Notes under the pieces: generated by a model
What the model was told of the DNA's origin: nothing
Databases searched by the model: none
Seen by the model: only the letters and a program-made list of their open reading frames with translations
In this document: positions 1 through 12,257 of the stretch, piece by piece
How positions within the stretch are numbered: the first letter of the stretch is position 1
Layout of the letters: the number at the start of each line of letters is the position of its first letter
Translations under genes and position numbers: made by a program
Source of the DNA: Takakia lepidozioides
Lineage: Eukaryota > Plantae > Bryophyta
Assembly: GCA_030704615.1 (NCBI GenBank)
Contig: CM060733.1
Coordinates: 51,956,001 to 52,020,000, forward strand
Direction of reading: 5' to 3'
Length of the DNA: 64,000 nt

Positions 1-28
1 CTGTTGGAATATGTTTTGGCTGCCACAG

Positions 29-3000
29 ACATTGGGCTACCTGCGGATTGTGAGACCTGGCAGTGTTATTGGACCCCAGCAACATTTTTTGCGGGATATG
101 CAACCCCGCATGTGGAAAGCTGTAAGCACCTTCCTGTAATCCACAGATTCTTTATCATGCTTCAGTTTAAGTATCCTTCCATTCTCCTCTCGTCTACAGC
201 TTTGTATGATGTCGATTCCTCGACACTTCACTAACTGGTCGCTAAGGATAACATATGTCTGCAATTGCTTGTTCCTTCAGACATGGATAGGTGGTCTTTA
301 TCTCAAATTCGACTTGCAGCTAATTTGAATGGTCCGCGTGCCGATGCACCTTATTAACCCTGGATGCCTACAATGATAGGATCCGGACAAAACTACCATT
401 CGCTGGATGTAAAATCTCCCACTTCAGGCGAGGTTCCTACTCGGTCTGCACGAAAAAGGAAAAATATACCTGTAGTTGGCAGGACAATATGTTGAGCTGA
501 ACCAACTTGTATGTGCTCTCCAGCAACCTGGAGTTGTGATAACTAGTTGATAAGGCTGTGGTTCACAGTTAACGCGACCCTGGCATGTATAAATGTCAAG
601 AAACTTTCATACTTAGTTGTTGACCTAGACCCGTTGAGTTAGGTGTAACGATGTGCAGACCCCATTCAACCACTATGGAAACTGCTCAGTGATATCTCAG
701 GATGTGTGTGTCCAGGGTGATGCAATGCGGACTCAACAAGGGCAAGTGAACAGTAATAGCCGCCAATTTCTTCCAACATCGGCTCACGACAGTGTGCCAC
801 CCTCCTTGTTGAATGACCCTGGGAATTTTGCACTTGTGTCACCTTTGTCTTCAGTGTCCACTGCTGGAGGGGCTGGCTGGAGTCAGGGAAACAATAGGTT
901 GTTATCCTCCTCCAGAAAGTATTCAGCAAATCCTGTTCTACGAAGGGACAGCCTAAGAGAACGGGTGAGTTTTGGGCGTCCCGACTCTCTGCCTTGACAG
1001 TCTGAAGATTGGCTTGATTTTTTGTGACTATCAGCTGGCATGAAGTATAAAGATGTTTACTCGTACACAAGGTAGAAGGATTTCAGATGAACCACTGCTT
1101 CTTGTTGCTTCTAATGTTAGTTTCAGCTTCTTGCTTTAAGTTCACTGTTATGAGGACATGTTTGTGGGAGTCACAAGATGCACCTTGCTGTCTCTTCATT
1201 TTGTAACTGGATTTGTAGCTGACGACCAGCTAACCAGCTAGAGAGCAGAAACGAATCCAAGAATTGTTTTGCCCAAAGCCTTGCAGCAGCTTGGGGCAAT
1301 CAGTTGATACATCCTAGGGGGTAGAGTTGGAAGCACTTGGACTAGTTGGGTAGAACACAAGATTTTGCATTTGTCTACTGCAAGGTTGTGCACATGCAAA
1401 TACACATTGACCTTAGCTAACTCCTGGCTGTTTTATTTTAGCCACGGATCCTCTAGTGTTGTGTCCTCATAATGTAGGAGAGGAGGTGAGCCAATCTGGA
1501 GAGTTTTGCCAGATACTCCTCATGGACAAGGAAAGCATCACATTAAAAACACAACCCTTTGCCATTCCTGAACTTGGCAGGGTGTGAGTCGCCATCATCT
1601 GGCTGAACTACTCCGTTTCACCAATATGGCTCCTCACAGCAATAATCTAGTTCCTCGTCTAGTCTGCAGCTGCATAAGATGAGTCTTGCTCCTCAAGTCA
1701 CTTTCTTGCCAAGGTACCACCTGCAAGACATGAGCAATATCAGTAGTCATAGCAATGAAGATTAACGAATTGTAGTTTGTTGTTTTGTAAGCTGTGTGCA
1801 AGAAATGATGAGGGTTTTGTTGTGTTCTGCCAGGATTGGACTGGTGGGGCAACAGGGAGGGTTCGGGACCGTACAAGTCAGAGGTCACGGCACATAAGTT
1901 GGTCAGATCCGATGCCACCATCACAACAGAGGTTGAAAAGAAACTCAGCTTCAACTGCACTTTCACCCAGTCCTCCCGTTCTGAGGGAAGAGAAATCTGA
2001 GGTGCCCATCTGAACAAAATCTACCGTAGTTAGATCTACCGTTGTTACATTTATTTTCCCAAAGAAAACTTGCATCTAGCCAGTCCCCTTTGCTGTAGCC
2101 ACCTCCTCATCTAATCACTATCAGCTTTGTAGAGGCTGCTGTGACTGTTACCCTTCTGCCTGTGCCCCTTCTGCGCAGATGTTCATCATGTTTGGATGTA
2201 ATGATGTTTCTTTATATGTCTGTCTTTACTTGCATCTGGCCAGTGCCCTTGATGTATCCCCTCATATCATCACGAGTTGCTTCCTGCTGCTGCTAGAATG
2301 TACTCGTAAGACTTTGTTTGCCATAGCCTTGTGGCCATAGACCCTTTCACCCAGTTTTGACGCATGTAGGGAATATACACTACCTTTGTGAGGGGCTCAC
2401 AACTCTGCTGGTAGAAAGTGAGCCAAATAGGATTTGTGGCATTCTACGAACCCCCAGGCTATCAATCCCATTGATGGATTGATGTAATAATTCACAGCAC
2501 AAAGATCATGGTTATAGATTGTCAGGGTAGAGAATGGATGTTAATAGTACTCACAGGAGTCTTCTCATCAGTCTCTGGGCAAGATTCCCAATCCCCATGC
2601 AAGGTACTAGTCGATAAGGCAGAGTCGTCCAAAGCTGAGCAAAGACCGCCTCCGCTGAAGAACAGTGCCCAGCCTTTGTCAGAATTTTGGAGCCCTGGTC
2701 AACCTCCAATGTGATGGCTGACAAAAAGAACTGACCTTATTCTGACAAGTTGCATTTCCAGTGTAACCTGCATCATATGAGCTCTCCTTCTGAAGCCCCC
2801 ATGCTACCAACTGAATCTCACTATCATGAAGTTCAGTAAGCTGTCCAAACGTGTGGAGTCCACATCTGCTGCTCATGCTCTTTCATTGTTTTGAAGGCAA
2901 TAGCATTGCCCCAATGTGGTGCATACCAGCCTAGTTATATTCCAAAGCACTCCCTGAATTCTGTAGAAAAGCACGATCCAGGTAGCTGTGCTGAAGAGAG

Positions 3001-3650
3001 AGAGTAGTGGAACAAGGCTCACAACAGAATGGACTGACAAGGTGAAAGGACTCTATTACACCGCCTGCTCCACTACGTAAGATTGAAGATATAGTGCAGT
3101 TGTGGATTTAAGCTTACCAGTGAATATGTGGAGTGGTTGGCAGGATGAAGGATCTGGAAGCGTGAGATTACGAAAAACAAACTACGCGCGTGTGCCCACT
3201 CCTGCTCGAAATAGTCTCTCACAGCGGGGGTCAAGGGCAGGAAAAGGGGTCAATCTGGAAACTGCAATTGGGGGTCTTTCCATGAACTCTGACCCTGAAG
3301 CTTCTTCCTCCTCATTTGCCAACAAGAACGTATGCACATCCCCATCTGGTGCAAGGCTTTCATTGAACAATTCAAGGCGGCATTCTTTATCAAACATTGG
3401 GTCCATTGACAATCCAGGCATACTACGGAATGCCACAGGTGCTGTGCCCAAGGTCCAAGCTGGGGGTGCTGTGTTCATTCAAAGGATAATTAACTCAGCA
3501 GGGCAGCCACGGAAAGTGGTGATGCCAATTGCAGAGGAAGGACCTATGACTGGGCCAGAGTCTGTGGTTCGTAAACGAGAAACTTCCCCAGTGCGCCGCT
3601 ATTCGACACCTGCCAGAACCAGCCTCCATGGAAAGGGCCCTGAGAGCTAG
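29..3650 (+). CDS. CDC14: CDC14 dual-specificity phosphatase, 3' portion (gene starts before the window; downstream exon boundaries uncertain)
   Basis: AG/GT-bounded exon 29-121 translates TLGYLRIVRPGSVIGPQQHFLRDMQPRMWKA, the CDC14 signature R.xRPGSVIGPQQ.FL. Ser/Arg/Pro-rich downstream exon candidates lie at ~700-990, ~1833-2000, ~2560-2700 and ~2965-3075, with a last exon 3144-3650 ending GPES*. Their assignment to this gene is inferred. Confidence 0.75.
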
Positions 3651-5184
3651 CACTGCGGTGCCATTGGTACACTAAGAAATTTTTTGGGGCAAGGCAATTT
3701 TCTGAGCAACATGGAGACTATTTCAAGTCACAGTTATTGGAGCCTCCTGCATATCAAGGTAGGCAATAGAGACTCCAATCAAGGTCTTGGCTGTCTTATT
3801 CATTCCATGGATGCCTGCTCCAGGGTCCATGAGTTGTGTAAACCGACGGATCGAAATCATTTTTGCACTTGTTATCATACGAGTTAATCGTATGCTCAAC
3901 TTGCAGTCTTCATGGTTCAGGCGAACGCCTGTAAACTACAAGCATATGTTTGTATAGTTTTGCAATGATGAACTGTGTGGCTGTGTAGCTCCTCCACAAA
4001 CTTGGCTTTGTCGATTTGTACAATGCTCACTGAGAGCTTGGCACGACTTTTGTAATTTTATGAGTTAGCGAAAAGAAAATGTCTGTGTAGGCTTTATCCT
4101 CCTACATTTTAGTGGAGAGTTCTGCACTGTAATCTTTTGTCACTACATCATGTCTGAACATTCTCTGAGGCGTTCGTATGTAAATAAAGAGTCCCTTTCT
4201 ACATGGGGTTCCTTCTCTATCCTCTGCCATTCTTGCAATGAGTATTTGACTATGTGAGCTCTCTTCCTCCCTTTCCTGCCATAGTTACGTGTCACACAGG
4301 GGTACAACTTACGATGGCAAAGCACTTGATCTTTCCTCTCTTGATACCCTATCATATGTCCTCCCCTCTCGGATTTCACTCCATCAAAGCCCTGGCACAG
4401 GGGTTGCCATGGCCACAAGGCCACAAGACTACAACAACCGAAGTCTGGTGAGACATCATCGCCTTCTATACATTAGTTGCAGTGCAGAAGTATTGGTTCT
4501 TGAAGTGCTTTTAGGAGATGAACAGGAGCGTTTTCCCACTCCATAAGAGTGCGAACCTGTGCTTCTTACTCTTGTGGATTGGGTTTTATTTTAGGAAAGA
4601 AGATACGGTAGTGATGCAAGGAACAATGGAGTTGTCTAAGTTATGCTGTCAGTGATTGAAGTTCTTTCACAGCCATTACACATAGGAGTTGGTTATAAAG
4701 ATGAAATGTGGTCAGTCATAGAAGTTGAAGGCCTGGTACATATATACTCTCACTTTGAATTGTCTGCTGCAGGTAGATAATTGTCCGCCAAATGATGGCA
4801 AAATTAATCAACTGTCTTCAATGTCAGGTGGCTCAATCAGCTCTGTAGCGCTAGTATCTAGTTTGCCTAGATTGAATGCAACAGTTGTGATCCCTAACTT
4901 GGCATTGAAACCATGCTTTATTGTATCCTGTAAGAAAAATCAGAGGTGAGTCCTGTGACAGACATGCGGCCGCCAGCGTTGCAGTTGTGTGCATAGAGCT
5001 CCTCTGTTATTACTCAATTACTCAGTGGAACTGACGTGAATGTGTGCAGCTTGAAAGTAGAGGAAGGTGCAAATGATCTCTCGGACAAAACTTGACTTGG
5101 AAAAATGGCTAGATGATGCAGAGTCATGCATCATAAGCAGGTGCGCAAAATCTATGGAGCGAGTGAGGGATGTTGTGAGGGATG

Positions 5185-7439
5185 CTAGCAACATCCTCCA
5201 CTGCTCACGGAAATAAGCCTGCCACTACCGCCGCGATTCACTCCACAATTCTCCACTAAGTTGACATCGTCTGTGACATCCGGCAGAAACCCCTTGAGAA
5301 ATCCAAGTGCAAGCGAGCACACCTGTGCATTGACAGAAAAACAGTGGAAAGTGGGAATCTCAGATGTGGCAAAGCCATTGAAGCTGGATCCAGCTGCTGC
5401 AGTGTAAGCACCCATGTTGGGGAACACCACCCAGTCACCGACAGCAAGCTCGGGCAACAGTGCTTCCCGCAACACCGTGTCTAGTCCATCGCAGGTGGGC
5501 CCAAACACTGTTGAGCTCTGCAGGGGAAGACCAGCACAAGTGACATTGGAGCTCTTCTCCTGCGATTTGCACGCAAGAGGGCGGTGGGTGAGCGTGGCGT
5601 GGTCGTAGAGAAGGCAGTTCATGGATCCGTAAATGCCATCGTTGATCCAGTACTCTCTGCCTCCGCCCCTCTCTCTCTTGCCGATCACTGTGGTGGCAAG
5701 CGTGGAGGGAGACTCTGCGAAGTATCTTCCGGGCTCGGCTATGATGGTGACCCCCATCTCGTCTGGGAAGTACGCATCCAGCGCTGCATTCACTGCCGCA
5801 GCCGCATCCGAAAACTTGAGGCCGCCATGGCTGCCTGCAGTGAAGCCCCCACCAATGTCCAGGATGTCCATGGCAGGAAGCTGCAGCCTGGCAGCGATGT
5901 CAAACACCTCGCGAGCTGCGGCTATGGCGTCCGTGAAGGACGCAGCGTCTGTTGCTCCACTGCCGATGTGGAAGGAGACCCCTGCAGCACAGCCGGGGAG
6001 AATAAGTTAGTTGCGGCTAAAGTTGGCGGCGGTGCAGTAAACGCCAAACGCGTGCGACAAAGAGCGACAAGATTTGTCGCATACAGCCGCCAGACTTGGC
6101 TCCAGCTATTTTAGTAGATCCTCCAAAGTAAGCTGGCTGTCGCCTCCCAATATAGCGCTTCCATAATAAAACCCTCTAAAACCCTTTCTCTCTCGCAGTG
6201 ACCCAGGCTTGTCACTTCCAGTCGCTGGAGAATCTCGGGAGTTGATTGAGCGAGGAGGGATGGGTACAGAAAAATATCCAACTTTGTTCTACAAAGCGAG
6301 GAGGGAGATGGGGAGAATTATGTACAGGAAGAAATATAAGACGGGAGATCGTAGATACCTGCAACAGGCAGTCGTGCATCGGCAGCCACGCATAAGAGGT
6401 GTTCCACTTCGCTCATCAGTGCGCCATACTTGACTCCCAGCGGACAGCGTGCACCTCGGTCATCTGTGCGAATGCGGAGGAGTAGCACCGCCTCGGGATG
6501 ACCCGCCTTCACCTTGTGCACCTGTTGGCAATTAGCAGCAATCTAAGTCTTCAGCACTTATGAAGATGATGTGCAAGAAGATCAGAATTGTATGATCAAT
6601 CTCTTCAACGGAGCATCGGAACTCCGAAAGTAGAATGCAGAGCTGGTTGGACAGTGGAAGTGGGTACCTCGCTTTCTGAGTCGAAGGTTGTGACATTCAC
6701 ACCCACTGATGAAGCGTAGCTGATGTGCGAGGGCATTTTGCAGGGATTTGCAAAGAGCACCCTCTCAGCTGGCACCCCCACCGCCAAAACTTGGGCAATC
6801 TCTGCCTTGCTAGCACAGTCAAAGCCAGCCCCAAGTGCAGCCAAGGTAGAGAGAAGTGCCGGGTCTGGACTGCATTTCACTGCATAGAAAGGCTTCACGC
6901 GGGGAAGCGCTTGCATCCAACCATAGAAGAGCTGCACTAGCAGGCCCAGGTCCAGCACATAAAATGGCTCCTCCATACCTCGACTCTGAGGGAGCACGCA
7001 TATTGTGAGACTCTCAACACAGTGCCCCAAGAACCTCTATCTAGAGTAGTTCAAATACACAGTCCTTAATCATCTAGGTGTGCTCTCGGTGTGCTCTGGA
7101 AATGCCCTGTAGAGTCTTGGCTACTATACCGAAAACACCAGCTTGCATGCGATTCAATTGATCAATCCTTCATTTATGCTCGAGCATTTACAGAACTCGC
7201 CACTACATGTTCGGCTGACTAAAGGAATGAAAAGTGTGGCGCCATGAGGCTAGAGACTGGAAGTTCATTGGCCGGGGAGGTCCATGGAGCATGGCTCTAG
7301 AACACTCCAAGTGAATTCATGATGGAATTTACGATGATCAATACCAGTTGCAATGACACTACTGGGCGATGCAAGAGACCCAGCCCCATATCAGTATGCG
7401 TCAAAAGACCAGCAACAAATCCCAATTCGTAGAGAAAAC

Positions 7440-7470
<31 letters not shown>

Positions 7471-7663
7471 TGGCTACAAAGGAAGAGTTCACCACCTGCA
7501 CAATGGAATGGATGAAGGCGTCCACCTCGGCCTGCGACCCAGATTGCATCACATGCACCTGACCATGCCCTGCAGCAGTGGCTGCTACAGCCTGTCGCAC
7601 TGCTGCGCTCGTAGCCTTTGCATCTCGATCGCTACAGACGGCCAAACAGCGCTCCGCCTTCAT
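5185..7663 (-). CDS. ODC: Ornithine decarboxylase (fold-type III PLP enzyme), 4 exons: 7663-7496, 6985-6668, 6521-6359, 5981-5185; ~481 aa
   Basis: The spliced frame is open with GT-AG introns. Motifs present: PFYAVKC (PLP lysine), [50 protein letters not shown] (catalytic Cys), NMGAYT, FNGF. Confidence 0.95.
7440..7466. repeat. (TC/GA)n microsatellite in ODC intron 1
   Basis: About 13 perfect TC units are visible. Confidence 0.9.
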
Positions 7664-7880
7664 GGCTCTTACAGCAGCGACCCGGCCCAGCTTCAATGAG
7701 CAACACAGGGGAGTAACCAACCCAACCCAAACAAGAAACTTCAGTCACTGTGTGAGCACTGGTGTTGTGTGGAAACCGTTCAATCCATCCCGCTGGTTCG
7801 AAGGAAGACTGGTCCAAGCAGGTAATTATCTCTTCCAGCAATAATGTGTAGAGGGGTGGGATACAGTAGGGCACACGAAT
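7632..7880 (-). promoter_or_regulatory. Candidate non-AUG uORF in the ODC leader, overlapping the ODC AUG out of frame
   Basis: Open frame ...LYTLLLEEIITCLDQSSFEPAGWIERF...GALFGRL* has no in-frame AUG but several near-cognate codons (ATT 7880, GTG 7874, TTG/CTG, ATA/ATT). It ends at 7632, 32 nt inside the ODC ORF. Confidence 0.45.
7780..7788 (-). promoter_or_regulatory. Micro-uORF ATG GAT TGA (Met-Asp-stop) in strong Kozak context in the ODC leader
   Basis: Minus strand reads gcgggATGGATTGA, with G at -3 and +4. It is the only AUG between ~7920 and the ODC AUG at 7663. Confidence 0.55.
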
Positions 7881-10800
7881 AAGCGATGGGAGAGATGTGA
7901 GTGCTTTAAGTTGGGCCTTGGAGAGAGGTCAGGAAGCAGTCTGAGACTGCCACCAATGCACAGGTTGTGGTGTTGCCGGTAGTGGGAGCACTCGGCTTTT
8001 CACCGTCGTTTGTTGGAAGCTGCTTCACAAGGACAGCATAGAAGCTGATGTCAGACTCCGAAGAATGGGGCTGTCGCATATGTCCGGCCCTCTCTTACTT
8101 ACCTTGATGGATGCAACCAACCACTGGGTTTCCATGCAGCCAACCCAGAGGAAACGAGAAATCGCCTCCCCTGGCCGGCTGCCACATACTCCTCTGCCTC
8201 TGCCAATTGCAGCAACCAAGGAGCCGTTGCTGTCCATGGCCTTTAGCAGAGCAGTGGATTGTACCGGCGGTACAGCGGCTTCCCCAACGCAATGGCGGCG
8301 TTTGCTGCTGCCACGCAGTATTCCCTTTTCTATTCCCGCTTATTATTTTGGCCCTAGGATGGTCGCAGAGGCAAGCTCCTTTCCATGTGTGATGTAGAAG
8401 AAAAGAGTGGGCCCGCGCCAGCGACATTCGTTTTACTGCGGAGAGACTCATCTTCTTCTTCTTCTTCTTCCAGCCTTTCTTTGTATGTACTACTTACACT
8501 ATTCCTCAGACTTTACCTCCATGTTTGCAATTGGGTGCGTGAGATTGTGCCATGTGGATTTAGAGGCCAGCAAGACGCAAACCACGTGAACGGCATGAAT
8601 TGCTATTCCAATTGGAAGAGAGGGTTGTAGGAATCTCAAATAGACTGTCTTATTATCGTTGCAGAATGCCAAGGGATTTGACAAATCCCACAGTTATCAT
8701 TAGCAGCTGCTTATGTGACCTCCATGCTCATGTTCCATGATCCATGGCGTCCACAAGAAGCATAGCCCCACAAACCATATCTTACCTTTACCTCCTCCAC
8801 AGCTCGGTGGTCCCTCCTTGGATAATTCAACTGCCTAGGTAATCATTGTTGATTTCGCGGCAGGGGAAGGAGCAAGGAGGGTGTCCACTGAATATTGAAT
8901 TGCAATCAACCCCAGATGATAAGGAGCTCGAGCCTCGCAGCAAGCCCAAAGCAAAAGTAAAATCCACATGTACACAACACAGTACACAGATTTCAACACG
9001 CAGATAATGTTCACAAGGACTTCGTTGACCATGGCAGATATAACGCCACATGCGGATAAGGAAATGTCAGAGATCCACAGGGCGAGTGAATGTTGGCATA
9101 ATCGAAGCAAGGTCATCATCTGCTCGATGCACACAATCCTCACCCAGTCAGGAGCCTGACAAACTGGTGGTGGGCCCTCCACCAATCCACTCAGCAACAA
9201 GTTACAACGGCCATGGCCGACCCAGGTAACCATCACCAGTTGCTCAATCATCAAACAGCTCGCTGGACCAGAGGTACGTCCGGCCACTTTGTTTTATCCT
9301 TTCCCTTTTCATCAACATGTCCCCAAGAAAAAACAAAACCCCAAGTGATGGGTGGAGGATCAAGACGGCAGGTGACGATGAGGCCAACTTCATGGCCGCG
9401 TTGAATGAAGAATGTCACACAATGGCAGGCCTGCACAGCCCCCAAGAAGCATGTCTCCCATCTCCAATCGCACAGCTCTGTTACGTGTGCCACCACACAA
9501 ATGCAGACAAGAAAATACCTGCATGTACATACTTACATATATGGCGCGCTTGTGGGCGTGATTTGTACGTTGGTTAGCGTCGTTTAGTACGTCGGTTACC
9601 ATGGCAGCTGTGTGGGCGAGAGCTCTCTCCCACACAGACTGCTTGCATTGTGTTGTACTGGCCTGCTGCTGCTAATTTGGTTGAGTACTTCCTGTATCGG
9701 TGATGTGAATGTCAGTCGAGCTAATTAATGTCACGCGCATCTGCTTCCTGAATCTCATGAGAGATCGTCATAATTTGTTCTTGTTTACAAATGAGATGAG
9801 ATGGGCTCACACGGATGTGCTCATCAATATGAACGTTTCTTCCATCATTCCCTTCCCAGTTTATCACAGGTAGTGCCTACTTGTAACTGCCCTCCTCTAG
9901 GCGGCTGCTCTCAGCGACTGTTGAAGAAGAATGTAGACCTGTAAGTAGCCACCTCAGGACTGAAAGAATTCCAAATTGAATTAGTATGATGCGCTTTGCG
10001 TCATTAGCTTGTTGAAATTTAGGATGCATGTGCGCTTGGTGTGAATTCGAGCTACCATTTCTGTTAGACTTCCTAAAAGTGGGGAAAAGTGTGTGCGAGA
10101 TCAGAGGGCTTGTATATGCCTTCCCCATAGGCTCCGCACATTGAGGGTGGGTGGGTTTCTGCGAGGCCGATTGGTCTCTTCCAGGGTTGTGAGGTGCCAG
10201 ATTGAGATGATGGAATCTGATAGCGAAACTGGATTGATTGGAGGTGGCCATATCATGGCTCAATGAAAAGTTGAACAATGAAAAGCGATAAAGGTTTCTA
10301 CTAACAGACAAAAGTCTTCAGGATTGGAGGCTTTCAATCTAGTAAGACATACAGTACTAAAGTGCCTTAAGCTTCAACCTTCCAAGACTTCGTTGTCGAT
10401 AACATACTAGAGCCACTGAATAACCTGATGATGAGTTCTCAGCAGTCCTGACACCGTTGAGAAAATTCTTTACTTTCGGGCCTTTGATCCTTTGAATGAG
10501 TAACATCTCTCTACAGTACGGATGCACAGGTCTCGATTCTACAGATATATCTGTAGCCGAGAAGTTTATGGCCAGGACTCCGGAATGTACGTACCCCTTG
10601 CCATTGAAGAGAGCATGAATTCAAGTTACGGTTTCCCGTTTCTGCTTCAATAGAAAAAGATGAGGAAGAGTTAAACAGTGCCGCAATGTCGACATCACTT
10701 CTCCATCTGCACTTACATTAGTATATCTACTCCCTGGAAACCCTTGCTCCGATCCTCCTCTAGATCCCTAATCACTAGTCAGGTATCTTGACAATCTCCG

Positions 10801-11729
10801 ACGTGAATGTTAGGAAAAAGTCTACTCAATTTGTTAATGTGGATTAGACCCAGGCTTGATAAGCACAAACGTGTCCAAGTGACTGTAATGTCGAGAAAAA
10901 AACAGGAAAAGCCAGCAGAAGGGATACGGAAGAGTCAAGAGTGGGGCCAGCTACAGGAGGGGGAGGGCGGAGAGGGAGAGAAGGCACGGATGTCGCCATG
11001 TCAGTGGAGGCTTCAGCCTCTCCGGCCACACCCAATCTCATGTATGGTAGTCTTCGAAGCCCGCCATCTCCAACTTGAGTTTCTCAGACCTTCCCTACAG
11101 AGGGCGGAAGAAGCTTTAGCACTGTAATCATTTGGGCCCGCCCCCTCTGGTCCTCCGCCTAATACAAACGATTGCTGATTCCAGCAGCAAGAGCTCGCCG
11201 CAGTCAATGCCCACGACATCTGATTTCCACATCACCGCGCAACCTCTGGCGCATGCAACTCGGGTCAATTACCATTTCTCAACCCTCCGATGTCACAACC
11301 GCCCAATCGAGTAAGAACATCAACGTCCAGCTCATTGCTTCGAAATGTCCATCTGAAGCAAGAACACTATTCTTCGTCAGAAGTTTTCTCTGAGAGAAAG
11401 ACAGACTAACGCAGGAAGTAGCCTTGGAGCAGTAATCCGTTCAATCACCACAACAGTTCTATAACGTGGAGGGATTGATGCCCTCAACCATAACAAAGGA
11501 AAATAATCAGCAGGTTTCTCGCAGCTGAGTAATCATGAACTCTGCTGGCCGGAGGTGGGGCTGCCAAAGACCTGGGAGGAAGTGTGCGTGTCTTGCTGCT
11601 GTTACATGTTGTGGATGCTCCCTTATCGGATGGTGGGGACAACACCCAAGATGTAGACAGCATTTGCAGGAAAGCCTAGTCAGGTCTGTTGGAAATTTTG
11701 TGTCACCATGAGATTTCAGCTCCTGTCCT

Positions 11730-12035
11730 TGTATTGTATTGAACTCATCAAATACCACATCCCTACTAAGGAACACCTTCCTCGTGCTTGGATTAAACAT
11801 TTTGTATCCCTTCGCTTCTTCACTATAGCCCACAAAAATGCACTTCACGCTCTTAGGCTCCAATTTGGTTCTTTTTTCTTTTGGAACATGAGCGTAAGCC
11901 TTACATCCGAAAACCCTAAAATGATCAACACTTTGCTTCTTACCAGACCAAATCTCTTCAGGAGTCTTGATTGGAGATGCCTTGGAGATCACTCGGTTCC
12001 GAATATACGCTGCCGTAGTTACCGCTTCAGCTGGA
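11730..12035 (-). mobile_element. Ty1/copia integrase C-terminal/SH3-like fragment
   Basis: AEAVTTAAYIRNR...TPEEIWSGKK...HFRVFGCKAYAHVPKEKRTKLEPKSVKCIFVGYS...KGYK...SRDVVFDE, typical copia pol. No LTRs seen. Confidence 0.9.
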
Positions 12036-12257
12036 AGTGGAGGAGCTGTGTACTCAGATAAGAGCAATGCAAAGCTCGCCTTGAGCATATTGACTTCCCC
12101 AAAAATAAATAGACAAGAGAAGTTTGAGTTGATGAGTGAGACATGAAGAGCAAGCAGAAACTGCTGAGAGAAGATGGAGAACTTAATGGAGACAAGTAGT
12201 AAGCATATGGAGAAAATATTGGCCACAACATAAGACAAAATGTTGAGGTAATGTCTC

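Noticed and set aside
5414-6114. Plus-strand ORFs overlapping ODC
   Set aside because: Antisense shadows of a GC-rich coding exon with no recognisable motifs.
5185-7663. Catalytically dead ODC homolog (antizyme-inhibitor-like) or frameshift-dependent ODC
   Set aside because: The PLP lysine, GGG loop and catalytic Cys are intact, and normal splicing gives an open frame.
8025-11500. Possible genes among the many short ORFs upstream of ODC
   Set aside because: No recognisable domain or consistent exon chain could be built; may be degenerate fragments.
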